This document shows positions 42,488 through 52,019 of a DNA stretch of 64,000 nucleotides, one piece after another. Every line of letters begins with the position of its first letter. The stretch's first letter is position 1. The notes beneath the pieces were generated by a model that searched no databases, was not told the DNA's origin, and worked only from the letters and a program-made list of their open reading frames with translations. The position numbers and the translations under genes are program-made. This DNA is from Microcoleus sp. (GTDB lineage Bacteria > Cyanobacteriota > Cyanobacteriia > Cyanobacteriales > Microcoleaceae), in assembly GCA_052279835.1 (NCBI GenBank), contig CP181291.1, positions 1,536,001 to 1,600,000 on the forward strand, given 5' to 3'.

Positions 42488-43272
42488 TTGACATACTCAC
42501 CGGCAGATGAGCGCGGTGATTCTTGACGCTTCACCGACTGACACTACCAAAGGTAGTCTTACTCTGTCTCTGCGTCCGTTTACAGTCGTGGCAATGCCCT
42601 GTCCCGACTTTGTTTATATTTTTGGCTGCGTTCTCATCTCGATCGTGTTCGGTTCCGCAATTATGACACTGAACAGATCGGATTTTTAGATCGAGTTTGC
42701 CCCATCTAAAACCACAATCTGAGCAAATTTGGCTTGTAGGTTCCCAACGACTGATTACCCTAAAATCCCTACCAAATTTTTCCGACTTTCCCTCGCACAA
42801 CGATCGGAACTCATACCATCCTTGCTGGCTAATCGCCCTAGCAAGTCTGCGGTTTTTTACCATTCCCGATACGTTCAAGTCTTCTAAAACAATAGTTTGA
42901 TTTTCACTAACTATTTTAGTAGACAGTTTGTGCAACAAGTCTTTACGAGTGTCTGCAATTTGATTGTGTAATTTGGCTATCTGGGTTCGAGTTTTGTTTC
43001 TACGTTTGGAGTCCTTCTGTTGACGAGCTAGTTTTTTCTGAAGTTGGCGGATTTTCCGATCTAGTTTTTTGTAGCTAGGACTTTCGGCTCGCTCGCCATT
43101 GCTCATCAGGCTCTCTCGGATATTTGGTGATAAGTAATGCTTATGACTTAGCAAAATCAAGGGTTTGAGCTTTCACGATTAAGAAATTTAGTATTGATTG
43201 CTACATTTTTCACCAAATATCCGAGAGAGCCAAGCCGTCCTAAAAGGACGGGGCTTGTATCCCATCCTTTTG
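42488..43272 (-). mobile_element. tnpB: IS200/IS605-family element relic with a 5'-deleted tnpB
   Basis: C-terminal TnpB (IVLEDLNVSGM, PTSQICSDCG, C..C...HDRDENAA). The right end finishes GAGTATGTCAA on the minus strand; left-end hairpin CCGTCC-TTTTA-GGACGG; the RuvC-I half is missing. Confidence 0.85.
43109..43231. mobile_element. 123-bp MITE with perfect 22-bp TIRs (ISL3-like ends)
   Basis: GGCTCTCTCGGATATTTGGTGA ... TCACCAAATATCCGAGAGAGCC; no target duplication. Confidence 0.9.
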
Positions 43273-43333
43273 GTCAGCAGTTTCAACCCAATTTTCTGGT
43301 AAGTGCCAAGCCAAATCAGAGATGTTAAGCGTG

Positions 43334-43582
43334 CTATACATTATTGCTGTGCAAGTCTTGAGGGGACTGAAACAGCGTCTCCAGATAAACTCTTGCCGCT
43401 TGGCGATAGCTACGGGAAGCCTCCGGGGTGCCACTGTCGGCATTCTGCAACAAAAACAGGGACAAGGAGGCACAGAACACTCGGTCTAGATCCCATTCAG
43501 GATGAGTTTCCAAGTAGGTTTTGAGGGAATCATGCAGCGTTTCGGGAATTTCGGCAAAAATACTGACTGTTGGGTTCATCAT
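43334..43582 (-). CDS. DUF2811 family protein
   Basis: VSIFAEIPETLH..L..YLETHPEWD.DRVF.ASLSLFLLQN. Confidence 0.85.
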   Translation of the reverse strand: MMNPTVSIFAEIPETLHDSLKTYLETHPEWDLDRVFCASLSLFLLQNADSGTPEASRSYRQAARVYLETLFQSPQDLHSNNV

Positions 43583-43890
43583 TTTTTTTAGTCTCGCTAA
43601 TAAATTGAAAATAGAACCCACCTTTCGGCCGGATACAGGTGTAGACACTGCCGAAACCAGAGCATTTTTTTTAGGTAGGTCGCATCATTGTGCGCTATGA
43701 GGGGGTAGGTTTGTCAATGTGGCGAAATATTACAAAGTCCTTTAGATAAAAAAAAGATTTACGAAATAATCAGCGTTTGAGTACATTTTTTGTTACATAT
43801 TTTTATATTCTTTAGAAAAACCGAAGGCTGGGGGAGCAGGTTAACAAAATCCCCAATACCGCAGCAAGATCCGACAGCGCCGTTGATTTC

Positions 43891-43963
43891 TGTGGAAAAC
43901 TTTGTCAAATCTGTGGAAAACCTGCAACTTGCCTGTGGAAACGCTGTGGAATATTGCGGAAAA
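43891..43963. promoter_or_regulatory. Cluster of DnaA-box-like nonamers
   Basis: TGTGGAAAA (43891, 43912), TGTGGAAAC (43934), TGTGGAATA (43945), TGCGGAAAA (43955); reverse complement of the cyanobacterial box TTTTCCACA. Confidence 0.65.
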
Positions 43964-44029
43964 ACTAAGGGAAAAAATAAGAATTGCGAAGGGGGATGGG
44001 TATGGTTGATGGTTGACCAGTGACTATTG

Positions 44030-44585
44030 ACTGGAGTTTAGACTAAGCAGGGCTTGCTGAATAATCGATCGCAAATCAATAACAAGAGCGATCGATATAT
44101 TCAAGCCGAGGTAAACATGAGTTTTTCCTGCCTCAATTTGAGTTAAATATAAGCGCCGATTATGTTGATCCCAAAAACAGGGATTGTTTTCCCGGAACGG
44201 CATAAAAACACACAAAAAACCCGATACCACCAGGTAGAAATGTTGATTGCTAAAAAGTTAGACAGGAAGATTCACCGACTTGAAAAAAAGCTAGCCAGTC
44301 AACAAAAAGACTCTAAGAGAAGAAATGCAAGCCACCTTCAGATTGCCAAATTGCACAACGAGATAGCAGACATCCGCACAGACTTCCTGCACAAACTGTC
44401 AACTAAAATAGTTAACGAAAACCAAGTGATTGTTTTGGAAGATTTCAATGTGTCAGGAATGGTCAATAATCGCAAGCTTGCTAGAGCAATTAACCAGCTT
44501 GCGATGGTATGAATTCCAAATGTTGTGCGAAGCAAAATCTGATAAGCTCGATCGCCAATTTAGGATCGTTAGTCTAAACTCCAGT
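44030..44585. mobile_element. 556-bp segment bounded by perfect 17-bp inverted repeats
   Basis: ACTGGAGTTTAGACTAA (44030-44046) / TTAGTCTAAACTCCAGT (44569-44585). Confidence 0.65.
44250..44573 (+). pseudogene. tnpB: Frameshifted internal tnpB fragment
   Basis: KKLDRKIHRLEKKLASQQKDSKRRN...IVLEDFNVSGMV...WYEFQMLCEAKS...FRIVS, closely related to the 42531-43106 relic; frameshift near 44500. Confidence 0.85.
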
Positions 44586-44652
44586 GATTTTACTAATAAG
44601 TGCTATTTTGCTATAAAATTTTAAATCAACACTCAACACTCACCACTTTTCA

Positions 44653-44844
44653 ATGAAATCTAAAACTCCTGCTTCCCCAACACCATCAAGCCCAGAGTCA
44701 GCCGAAAAAGCAGAACCTGCCTTTGGCTGGAACGCCTACGCGGAACAAATCAACGGACGATTTGCCATGGTGGGATTCGTGGCAATTCTGTTGCTCGAAT
44801 TCTTCACAGGCGAGAATTTTTTTACCTGGCTAGGTTTGGGTTAA
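44653..44844 (+). CDS. hli: High-light-inducible protein (HLIP/SCP)
   Basis: FGWNAYAEQINGRFAMVGF chlorophyll-binding motif. Confidence 0.92.
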   Translation: MKSKTPASPTPSSPESAEKAEPAFGWNAYAEQINGRFAMVGFVAILLLEFFTGENFFTWLGLG

Positions 44845-44938
44845 ATCACTAAAAAACGGAAGGTGAAAAATAAATTATTATCCAATTTTCACCTTCCCCG
44901 TAGATGTTTGAAATCCGAGAACATCGATTTATAAATTA

Positions 44939-45544
44939 TTAATTCTTAATGACTTCCCGGACTCTCAAACTGTACTTTCCTTTACCTTTGGGCGGTGAAT
45001 CAAAAGCATTGACAATTACTTTGTAGCTACCACTGGCCGCCAAAGTAACAGTCAATTCCGAATTGGAGTTTTGCTCAGTAGCATCATCATTTTCTGCAAG
45101 CAACTCGCCTTTGGAGTTGAAGACAGCCAAATAAGTATCAAACTCGCCACTTTCTAAAGACACAACTACTGTCTGGCCTGTCGTGCCTTCAAAGGTATAT
45201 TCATCATATAAACTGCTGTCTGAGGGCAGTACGGAAGACTTAGCCGGAGTGAGTTCTCCTTGTTTATCCAAAATGACTTTAGACGATCCGGCAGCAGGAA
45301 TAGGCAAAGCTGAGGGAGTTGGTATTGCTGATGGCGAAGACTTCGGAGTAGCCTGAGCTAAAACATGATTGATATCCCTGTTAGTATGAGGAGCATTCTG
45401 ATAAAATCCTGCGGCAATTAGGGTAGAATTACCGGGCGCTAAAACTCCACTCGTATCGAAAACTGGCGATGAAGCAACGGGCTTGGCTGAAACAGTAGCT
45501 AGCAGAGCAATTGGCGCGATCGCCCAAAATCTAACTTGACGCAT
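44939..45544 (-). CDS. Secreted PPC-domain protein
   Basis: Signal peptide; YDEYTFEG..GQ.V..SLES.EFD.YL...LAENDD, paralogous to the last PPC domain of the upstream protease. Confidence 0.88.
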   Translation of the reverse strand: MRQVRFWAIAPIALLATVSAKPVASSPVFDTSGVLAPGNSTLIAAGFYQNAPHTNRDINHVLAQATPKSSPSAIPTPSALPIPAAGSSKVILDKQGELTPAKSSVLPSDSSLYDEYTFEGTTGQTVVVSLESGEFDTYLAVFNSKGELLAENDDATEQNSNSELTVTLAASGSYKVIVNAFDSPPKGKGKYSLRVREVIKN

Positions 45545-45564
45545 GAATTACCTCAGTTTTTGAT

Positions 45565-45780
45565 GAAGGAAGAAGGAAGAAGGAAGAAGGAAGAAGAACC
45601 CTCCCCTGCCCCCCCCAAGGGGGGAAATTCAGGCAGAAGGAAGAAGAACCCCCCCTGCCCCCCCCAATGGGGGAAATTCAGGCAGAAGGAAGAAGGAAGA
45701 AGAACCCTCCCCTACCCCAGGGCGGTTTCATTCTGCAAAAAACGAGGGCTTTGTAGGGGTAGTGCCCCCGTGCCTACCCC
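45565..45780. repeat. Composite repeat: GAAGGAA heptamers, CCCCCC-AA-GGGGG hairpins and a GTAG REP
   Basis: Directly visible tandem and hairpin units. Confidence 0.75.
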
Positions 45781-45819
45781 CCCACTCATAACTAATTCCC
45801 AATTACTAATTTTCAAATT

Positions 45820-47268
45820 TTAGCGGACTGTTAGAGTGTAACGCCCCCGGCCCGAAGCGTCGTAAGCATTGACAATGACACGATAGCGACCCGTAGCGGG
45901 TAAAGTAACGCTTAGAGACGCATTTTTAGTCGCATCGCTCTCATCATCATTTTCTGCTACTAATCGACCATTAGGGCCAAACAGAGCCACATAGGGATCG
46001 AACTCTTTACTTTCGAGGGAAATATCCACCGACTGACCCGATCGACCTTCAAAAGTATACTCGCGATACAGACTGTTGTCAGAGGGTAGTACCTGAGCTC
46101 CTGGGGCTAAAGTACCTTCTTCTTGCAAAATCGCCCTGGCCGCTTGGGTAGAAGCTGCGGCTTTCAGTTCTAGTGTATAAGCTCCCGACTGCCTGGCCTG
46201 GTTGGAATTTGCCAATAAGGTGTAAGTGCCGTCTGCTGGCAGTCTGACTGTAATTCGGGCATTGTTACTGCCTGCGCCGTCATCATCTTGAGCGATTTGC
46301 CGCCGATCGGGGCCGAGCAAGATTAAATAAGAGTCAATTTCTTGACTTTTCATTTCAATTGTGATTCGCTGACCTGCTTTTCCTTCAAAGGAGTAGAGGT
46401 CGAAAAAGCTGTTGTCTCCCGGCAGAACGCTAGACTGGTTGGTGAGTTTGCCACTGATTGCTGGCCCGTTGAGTGCTAGTTTTGCAGGTGATTTGTTACC
46501 AAAGGGCGATCGTGTCTGAGCAACGCGGGGAGCTCGCCCTTCTCTTACCGCCGTCAGGAAAGCGGGTACTTTGTCTATGGAAATGGCAAAACCGATGCCG
46601 ATATTGCCTCCGCCCTGACCGCGAGTAAAAATAGAAGTGTTGACTCCGATTAATTCTCCCGAACTGTTAAGCAGTGGACCTCCTGAATTGCCGGGATTGA
46701 TGGCTGCGTCTGTTTGAATCAAGCTTCGTTGTTGGTCGATGCGGCTGACAATTCCGACGGTAAAAGTACCTTGAAATCGACCGAAAGGATTGCCGATCGC
46801 AAATGCTTGTTGTCCCACTTTCACCGAACCGGGACGCGCTAAAGGAATTGTCGGTAAATTGTTTTGACCCCGCATTTTAACTACGGCTAAGTCTAAGCCT
46901 TCTTCCCCGAATCCAATGACATCGGCTGGGACTTTTTTGCCATCTGACAAAATTATATTGACAGTACCGCCGGCGGAAACAACATGGGCGTTGGTTAAAA
47001 CCATGCCGTCGGGGCTGATAATTGTGCCGCTACCGTTGGATTTATCTGTATCGACGGTAACAACCGCCGGACTGGCTCGTTCGTAAACGCGAATATTAGT
47101 TTGTTCTTCGATATTTTGGGCGATCGCACCCTGTCTATCCAGCGACTTAAATTCAGTAACATCTGGTGATGACTGCACAGGGGATGTGGTAACAACGGCG
47201 GTGGCGCTGGCTGAAACCCCCATTGTTAAAATTCCCGATATTGCTAAACTTAAAAGTTTGAAATTCAT
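45820..47268 (-). CDS. Trypsin-like (HtrA-type) serine protease with two PPC domains
   Basis: LTNAHVV, DLAVV, IQTDAAINPGNSGGPL; likely start MNFKLLSLA at 47268. Confidence 0.92.
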   Translation of the reverse strand: MNFKLLSLAISGILTMGVSASATAVVTTSPVQSSPDVTEFKSLDRQGAIAQNIEEQTNIRVYERASPAVVTVDTDKSNGSGTIISPDGMVLTNAHVVSAGGTVNIILSDGKKVPADVIGFGEEGLDLAVVKMRGQNNLPTIPLARPGSVKVGQQAFAIGNPFGRFQGTFTVGIVSRIDQQRSLIQTDAAINPGNSGGPLLNSSGELIGVNTSIFTRGQGGGNIGIGFAISIDKVPAFLTAVREGRAPRVAQTRSPFGNKSPAKLALNGPAISGKLTNQSSVLPGDNSFFDLYSFEGKAGQRITIEMKSQEIDSYLILLGPDRRQIAQDDDGAGSNNARITVRLPADGTYTLLANSNQARQSGAYTLELKAAASTQAARAILQEEGTLAPGAQVLPSDNSLYREYTFEGRSGQSVDISLESKEFDPYVALFGPNGRLVAENDDESDATKNASLSVTLPATGRYRVIVNAYDASGRGRYTLTVR

Positions 47269-47475
47269 GGCGATCGATGAGTATTTAGCTGTCGGTTGTG
47301 ATCTGTGTTGTTTCTGCGTTGATCTGCGGTTTCCCACTCCCCATTCACAGTTTTTTGATCGTAATTCTCCGATCGCGATCGCCAGTAGATGGGCATAAAT
47401 CAAATGTAACTGGTATTTTTCCGGTGATATTGACACCAGAAATATTAAATTTCACCCATCTACTTAGCACTTCCC

Positions 47476-48336
47476 CTAGTTGTCGAAATTGGGGGAATTA
47501 TCCGGTTGGTCTTCCGGGTGTTCTACTGGTCGATACTCGACGTAATCTGAGGGTGGTGCTTGCACATCCCGGCTACTAGGGCGAGACTTCCCTCCTTCGG
47601 CGGGACGAGTTTTTTTGGTTCTCGGTGTCCCATCGCTGCGGTTATCGGAAGTTGGGGGGCGGCTGTTACGGCTGCGAGTCGGTTTTTCATCGGGATTGTC
47701 TGAAATGTCCCAACGGTCTGAGCGGTCCGAACGCTCCGATCGGTCCGAGCGCTCCGATCGGTCTGAGCGGTCCGATCGCTCTGGGGCCTGGTTTTCGGGG
47801 CGAGAGGGGCGTTTGCGGGACGATCGCTCAGGTCCATCGGGTTTAGATATATCAATGCTGCTGTTGCGACGGTCGGGACGGCGGCGAGGTTCGTCGTCGT
47901 AGCCTTCCCGCGAAGCACGATAATCTTGACTACCTCTAATCCGGGGACGCTGGGGATAGTCTTCCTCTGGTTCTAGCTGCTCAATGTCAGCATCGTAGCC
48001 CTCATAACCGTAGGCGTTGCTGACGGGTCTATCTTCATCGATATACTGTGCCCGGCTTTTAGCTTGGGCGGTGGTTGCTCCCCGCAGCTTAATACTTTCG
48101 GCTGCAAAAAATATGGCGGAACCGGTGAGCATGAATTGACCAAAGGCCAGAATTGGATCTAGCCGCCAGCCTTGAAATAATAGAATACCGCCACAAAGTA
48201 GACCTACTGCTGCAAAAAAAATATCGTGGTCTCGTGCTAGCTTGGGACGCCAAGATCGTAGAAAGTAAAGTCCCGCGCCAGCTACTGCTAGGATGATCCC
48301 CAGCAGGCTGCTCCAGTTTAATCCTAAATTAACCAT
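47476..48336 (-). CDS. ycf66: Ycf66 family protein
   Basis: LYFLR..RP.LARDHDIFFAAVGLLCG.IL.FQGWRLDPIL; charged disordered tail with SDR/SER repeats. Confidence 0.92.
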   Translation of the reverse strand: MVNLGLNWSSLLGIILAVAGAGLYFLRSWRPKLARDHDIFFAAVGLLCGGILLFQGWRLDPILAFGQFMLTGSAIFFAAESIKLRGATTAQAKSRAQYIDEDRPVSNAYGYEGYDADIEQLEPEEDYPQRPRIRGSQDYRASREGYDDEPRRRPDRRNSSIDISKPDGPERSSRKRPSRPENQAPERSDRSDRSERSDRSERSDRSDRWDISDNPDEKPTRSRNSRPPTSDNRSDGTPRTKKTRPAEGGKSRPSSRDVQAPPSDYVEYRPVEHPEDQPDNSPNFDN

Positions 48337-48488
48337 TACCCTATCTCCTATTTCTGTTCTATATTAGCGAGTTAGATGTTTACATTTTTACTTAAATCTG
48401 CTATTCCGACTTGGCTGGATGAGGGTCTCATCCGCTTTGCAGCTTGGGAATTGACATAATATTGACTAATACAGAGTCTGAACTGCTC

Positions 48489-48623
48489 ATATAAAATCCT
48501 GTCTTCATCGTCCTGTATTAAACTCTCTCTTCTCTTCCTCTTTCCCCCCTTGGGGGGGGCAGGGGGGGGGTCGTCCTTAGCGCCTTCGCGGTTAAATCAT
48601 TCCGATACAACCGGAATTGATAT
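48489..48623. mobile_element. MITE-like element, copy 2 (near-identical to 8500-8635)
   Basis: Shared TCTTCATCGTCCTGTATTAAACTCTCTC...GTCGTCCTTAGCGCCTTCGCGGTTAAATCATTCC. Confidence 0.8.
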
Positions 48624-48819
48624 CACCGGGCTACAGGTAGAGCGAGGGACTTTCCGGCGGTGTCAGTTAACGGGAAAAACCTCAGCTTGGCAGTTCTAGA
48701 AGGTTTTGCCTTCTGAGTTGCTTACAGCCGAGGTTTCGGAACTTTGGAAATGCCCGACTTCAAGCCATCGCTACAGCCGACAATTGACTTTGACACCGGA
48801 CTTGGATCTTTACAGATGT

Positions 48820-48939
48820 TTAGGTGCGCTTAATTTTGTCTTTTTGGCTGATGAAGATTAGGGCGATCGTTGCTGGAATTACCACCAAACTAACGCCCAC
48901 CAGCAGGCTGTACAGAAAATTCGCGAGTGAAGGAGTCAT
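48820..48939 (-). CDS. psbX: Photosystem II protein X (39 aa; below the ORF-track size)
   Basis: MTPSLANFLYSLLVGVSLVVIPATIALIFISQKDKIKRT; sits between ycf66 and yggT. Confidence 0.95.
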   Translation of the reverse strand: MTPSLANFLYSLLVGVSLVVIPATIALIFISQKDKIKRT

Positions 48940-49065
48940 AGATTCAAAGCCTTTGTTACAACAATTTGATTTTTATTAATTTTATACTTTCGATCGCACC
49001 AGGGAAACAGTTAAAATTATGAATACCTGACTTAACAAAACTTAAAATTTCGACACAATAACTCT

Positions 49066-49350
49066 ATGAATGGTATTACCGTTACAAGCTGGATTCTGGG
49101 CTTTGTCCTAGTATTGATGACTTTGTTGTTCATTTTTCGCATCGTCTTGACTTGGTATCCCCAGGTCAATCTCAGTCGATTGCCGTTGAGTCTGATTGCT
49201 TGGCCCACAGAACCTTTTTTAGTCGCTACCAGAAAGATTGTACCGCCGATCGGCGGGGTGGACATTACGCCGATTATTTGGGTTGGTATCTGTAGCTTGC
49301 TGCGAGAAATGATTCTCGGTCAGCAGGGGCTACTGACGATGATGATGTGA
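49066..49350 (+). CDS. YggT/Ycf19 family membrane protein
   Basis: LFIFRIVLTWYPQ, PTEPFL, PPIGGVDITP. Confidence 0.93.
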   Translation: MNGITVTSWILGFVLVLMTLLFIFRIVLTWYPQVNLSRLPLSLIAWPTEPFLVATRKIVPPIGGVDITPIIWVGICSLLREMILGQQGLLTMMM

Positions 49351-49351
49351 G

Positions 49352-49570
49352 AGTCATTAGTCAGCAGTCATTAGTCATTAGTCATTAGTCAGCAGTCATT
49401 AGTCATTAGTGGGATTAAGGTGGGCAATGCCAGCCTGGCCCTCGTCAATCTGGCGAAGAAACTCCTTAGACGCTGGAAATTTCCTATCTTGCGATAGTCA
49501 AGACTGCTGACTAATGACTGCTAACTAATGACTAATGACTAATGACTAATGACTAATGACGAATGACTAC
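49352..49570. repeat. Inverted STRR arrays between convergent genes
   Basis: (AGTCATT)n at 49352-49410 and (GACTAAT)n at 49502-49570. Confidence 0.85.
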
Positions 49571-50922
49571 TAACTGTTTTGGCCCATGAATTGTTCTACG
49601 AAATTGGTGTAAACTTCGCCCCTGAGAAATTCCGGGCTGTCGAGGATTTTTTGGTGGAAACTGAGGGTGGTGGGAACACCGGTAATCGCACATTCCCGCA
49701 GTGCTCGTTTCATCCTGCGAATGGCTGAAGGTCGATCGCGCCCCCAGACTATCAACTTACCAATTAAAGAATCGTAGTAAGCCGGTATTTCATAATCAGT
49801 GTAAACGTGAGAGTCCATGCGCACCCCTGGGCCGCCGGGAGGCAAAAAGCCCGTGATTATGCCCGGATGGGGCCGGAAATTGCGATCGGGGTCTTCGGCA
49901 TTGATCCGACACTCGATCGCATGGCCGTTAAGGATTACTTGGTTTTGCTTGATTTGCAGTTTTTCTCCTTGGGCGATCCGAATTTGTTCCGCGATCAAGT
50001 CAAGGCCTGTAATCATCTCCGTCACGGTATGTTCTACCTGAATCCGGGTGTTCATTTCCATGAAGTAGAACTTGCCCGATTTGTCAAGCAAAAATTCCAC
50101 TGTTCCTGCACCCGTGTAGTTGATGGATTTGGCCGCGGCAATGGCGGCGTGACCCATTTGATCTCGCAGTTTCTGGCTGAGGGCTGGGCTGGGGGCTTCT
50201 TCCAGGAGTTTTTGGTGTCGGCGCTGAATCGAACAATCTCTTTCGCCGAGGTGGATGACGTTACCGTAGTTGTCGGCGAGGATTTGGATTTCGATGTGCC
50301 GGGGTTTTTCGATGAATTTTTCTAGGTAAAGTCCCGGATTGCCGAAGGCTGCATCGGCTTCGCCTTGGGCTGCACTAAATAGTTTGGGGAGTTCCGATGG
50401 TTCTCTGACTAGCCTCATGCCACGGCCTCCACCGCCGGCTGTGGCTTTGATCATCACAGGATAGCCGATTTCACGGGCGATCGACAAAGCTTCGTGTTCA
50501 TCCGCCAGCAATCCTTCACTACCGGGAACTGTGGGGACTTTCACCCGCTGCATAGTTTCTTTAGCCGTGGATTTGTCGCCCATTGCCCGCATCGCAGCAG
50601 GACTAGGACCAATGAACGTAATTTGATGATCGGCGCAGATTTCCGCAAATCGGGCATTTTCCGCGAGAAAGCCATAGCCAGGGTGAATGGCTGCGGCATT
50701 CCGCGTCAGGGCTGCGGCGATGATGTTGGGAATGTTTAAATAGCTTTTGCTGCTGGTGGGGGGGCCGATACAAACGGCTTCGTCTGCCAACTGGACGTGC
50801 AAGGCGTGCTTGTCTACGGTGGAGTGAACGGCGACCGTGGCAATCCCCATTTCCTCGCAGGTGCGTAGTATGCGGAGGGCGATTTCTCCGCGATTAGCGA
50901 TTAAAATTTTCGAGAACCCCAT
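49570..50922 (-). CDS. accC: Acetyl-CoA carboxylase, biotin carboxylase subunit
   Basis: [46 protein letters not shown]. Confidence 0.97.
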   Translation of the reverse strand: MGFSKILIANRGEIALRILRTCEEMGIATVAVHSTVDKHALHVQLADEAVCIGPPTSSKSYLNIPNIIAAALTRNAAAIHPGYGFLAENARFAEICADHQITFIGPSPAAMRAMGDKSTAKETMQRVKVPTVPGSEGLLADEHEALSIAREIGYPVMIKATAGGGGRGMRLVREPSELPKLFSAAQGEADAAFGNPGLYLEKFIEKPRHIEIQILADNYGNVIHLGERDCSIQRRHQKLLEEAPSPALSQKLRDQMGHAAIAAAKSINYTGAGTVEFLLDKSGKFYFMEMNTRIQVEHTVTEMITGLDLIAEQIRIAQGEKLQIKQNQVILNGHAIECRINAEDPDRNFRPHPGIITGFLPPGGPGVRMDSHVYTDYEIPAYYDSLIGKLIVWGRDRPSAIRRMKRALRECAITGVPTTLSFHQKILDSPEFLRGEVYTNFVEQFMGQNS

Positions 50923-51150
50923 CTTCGGTGCTTATTCACTCAATATTCTGTAGAATAATCCCTTTCGGTATCTTCTGGATAATGGTTTCCCATAAATTCT
51001 TAACAAAAATTTATTTTACAATTTACTGATAATGGTGCTATGATTTTAAATCGGTGGTCTCAAGGGGCTAGTCACAAGTTAAAAGTCAGGAACCTCAACC
51101 TGTGCATCTTTAACTCGTAACGCAAAAAATCCCAGAGATAGTCAAAAAGA

Positions 51151-51234
51151 GCGGATGTGGCGGAATTGGTATACGCGCACGCTTGAGGTGCGTGTGGCAT
51201 TATGTCCTTGCGAGTTCGAGTCTCGCCATCCGCA
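51151..51234 (+). tRNA. trnL: tRNA-Leu (GAG)
   Basis: GCGGATG/CATCCGC acceptor, CACGC-TTGAGGT-GCGTG anticodon arm, long variable arm, GTTCGAGT. Confidence 0.97.
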
Positions 51235-51310
51235 TTGAATAGGTAAAACAACTGTTGGCAGTTTTTGCTGTTGGCAGTTGTTTTGTTTTTGATTGTGATT
51301 GTGAGTGGCC

Positions 51311-51913
51311 AGAAACCGGGTTTTTTGGAGATATTTTGTTACTATCGATAGAAATCGTAAAAACCCGGTTTCTTGGATTGTGATTGTGAGTGGCCAGAAA
51401 CCGAGTTTTTTTGAGAATACTTCGCCAACAGTCTCTAGAAATCGTGGCTACACAAACAATGTCCGCCTTCGCGGACTAAGATTGAATTAACATCATGTTT
51501 TGTCTTTCTTTTTAGCGGGAATTAGACTGAAAGCGGAAGCAGATACACTGTTTGCACAAGGCGATCGGCAGAATAAAATCAGTCAATTTCGAGAAGCTTT
51601 GCAGTTTTATGAACAGGCATTAACTATTTATCGGGAAATAGGCGATCGCCAGCGAGAAGCTGCTTCCCTCCGCAATTTGGGCAGCGCTTACAAATCCCTA
51701 GGGCAATTCCAGAGGGCGATCGAATTTCACCAACAGTCTTTAGAGATTTCACGGAAGACATAAACCAAATAAACCTGGTTTTTTGCAGTTTTTAGGCGAT
51801 GTATGAATATTATCGGAAAAAACCCGGTTTCTCGCCCCACCCCAAATCTCAGAAACCGGGTTTTTAGCCAAATCATCGACTGTAATCAACTATTCTGGAA
51901 AAAACCCGGTTTC
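51311..51913. repeat. Cluster of AGAAACCGGGTTTTT / AAAAACCCGGTTTCT inverted repeats
   Basis: Copies at about 51311, 51359, 51397, 51770, 51817, 51851 and 51899. Confidence 0.85.
51500..51763 (+). pseudogene. Truncated TPR fragment paralogous to the downstream TPR-CHAT gene
   Basis: KAEAD.L..QG..Q..ISQFREALQ..EQAL.IY.EIGDR; no good start codon; ends abruptly at repeats. Confidence 0.75.
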
Positions 51914-52019
51914 TCGCCACCCCGCGCATCCATGCGAAAAAAACTTGCCATCCCCCGCCCCAAACAGATGAGTTTCACCGATAATTAACAGAGCGAACCA
52001 TCCCAAATCCCAAATCGCC

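Noticed and set aside
42531..43160. Functional TnpB/Cas12-like nuclease
   Set aside because: The N-terminal half including RuvC-I is deleted, and the listed ORF start lies inside a MITE
45536..45823. 95-aa ORF
   Set aside because: Translation of GAAGGAA heptamers and hairpin repeats
47714..47780. Functional repeat locus inside ycf66
   Set aside because: A simple 9-bp coding expansion (SDR/SER) in a disordered tail
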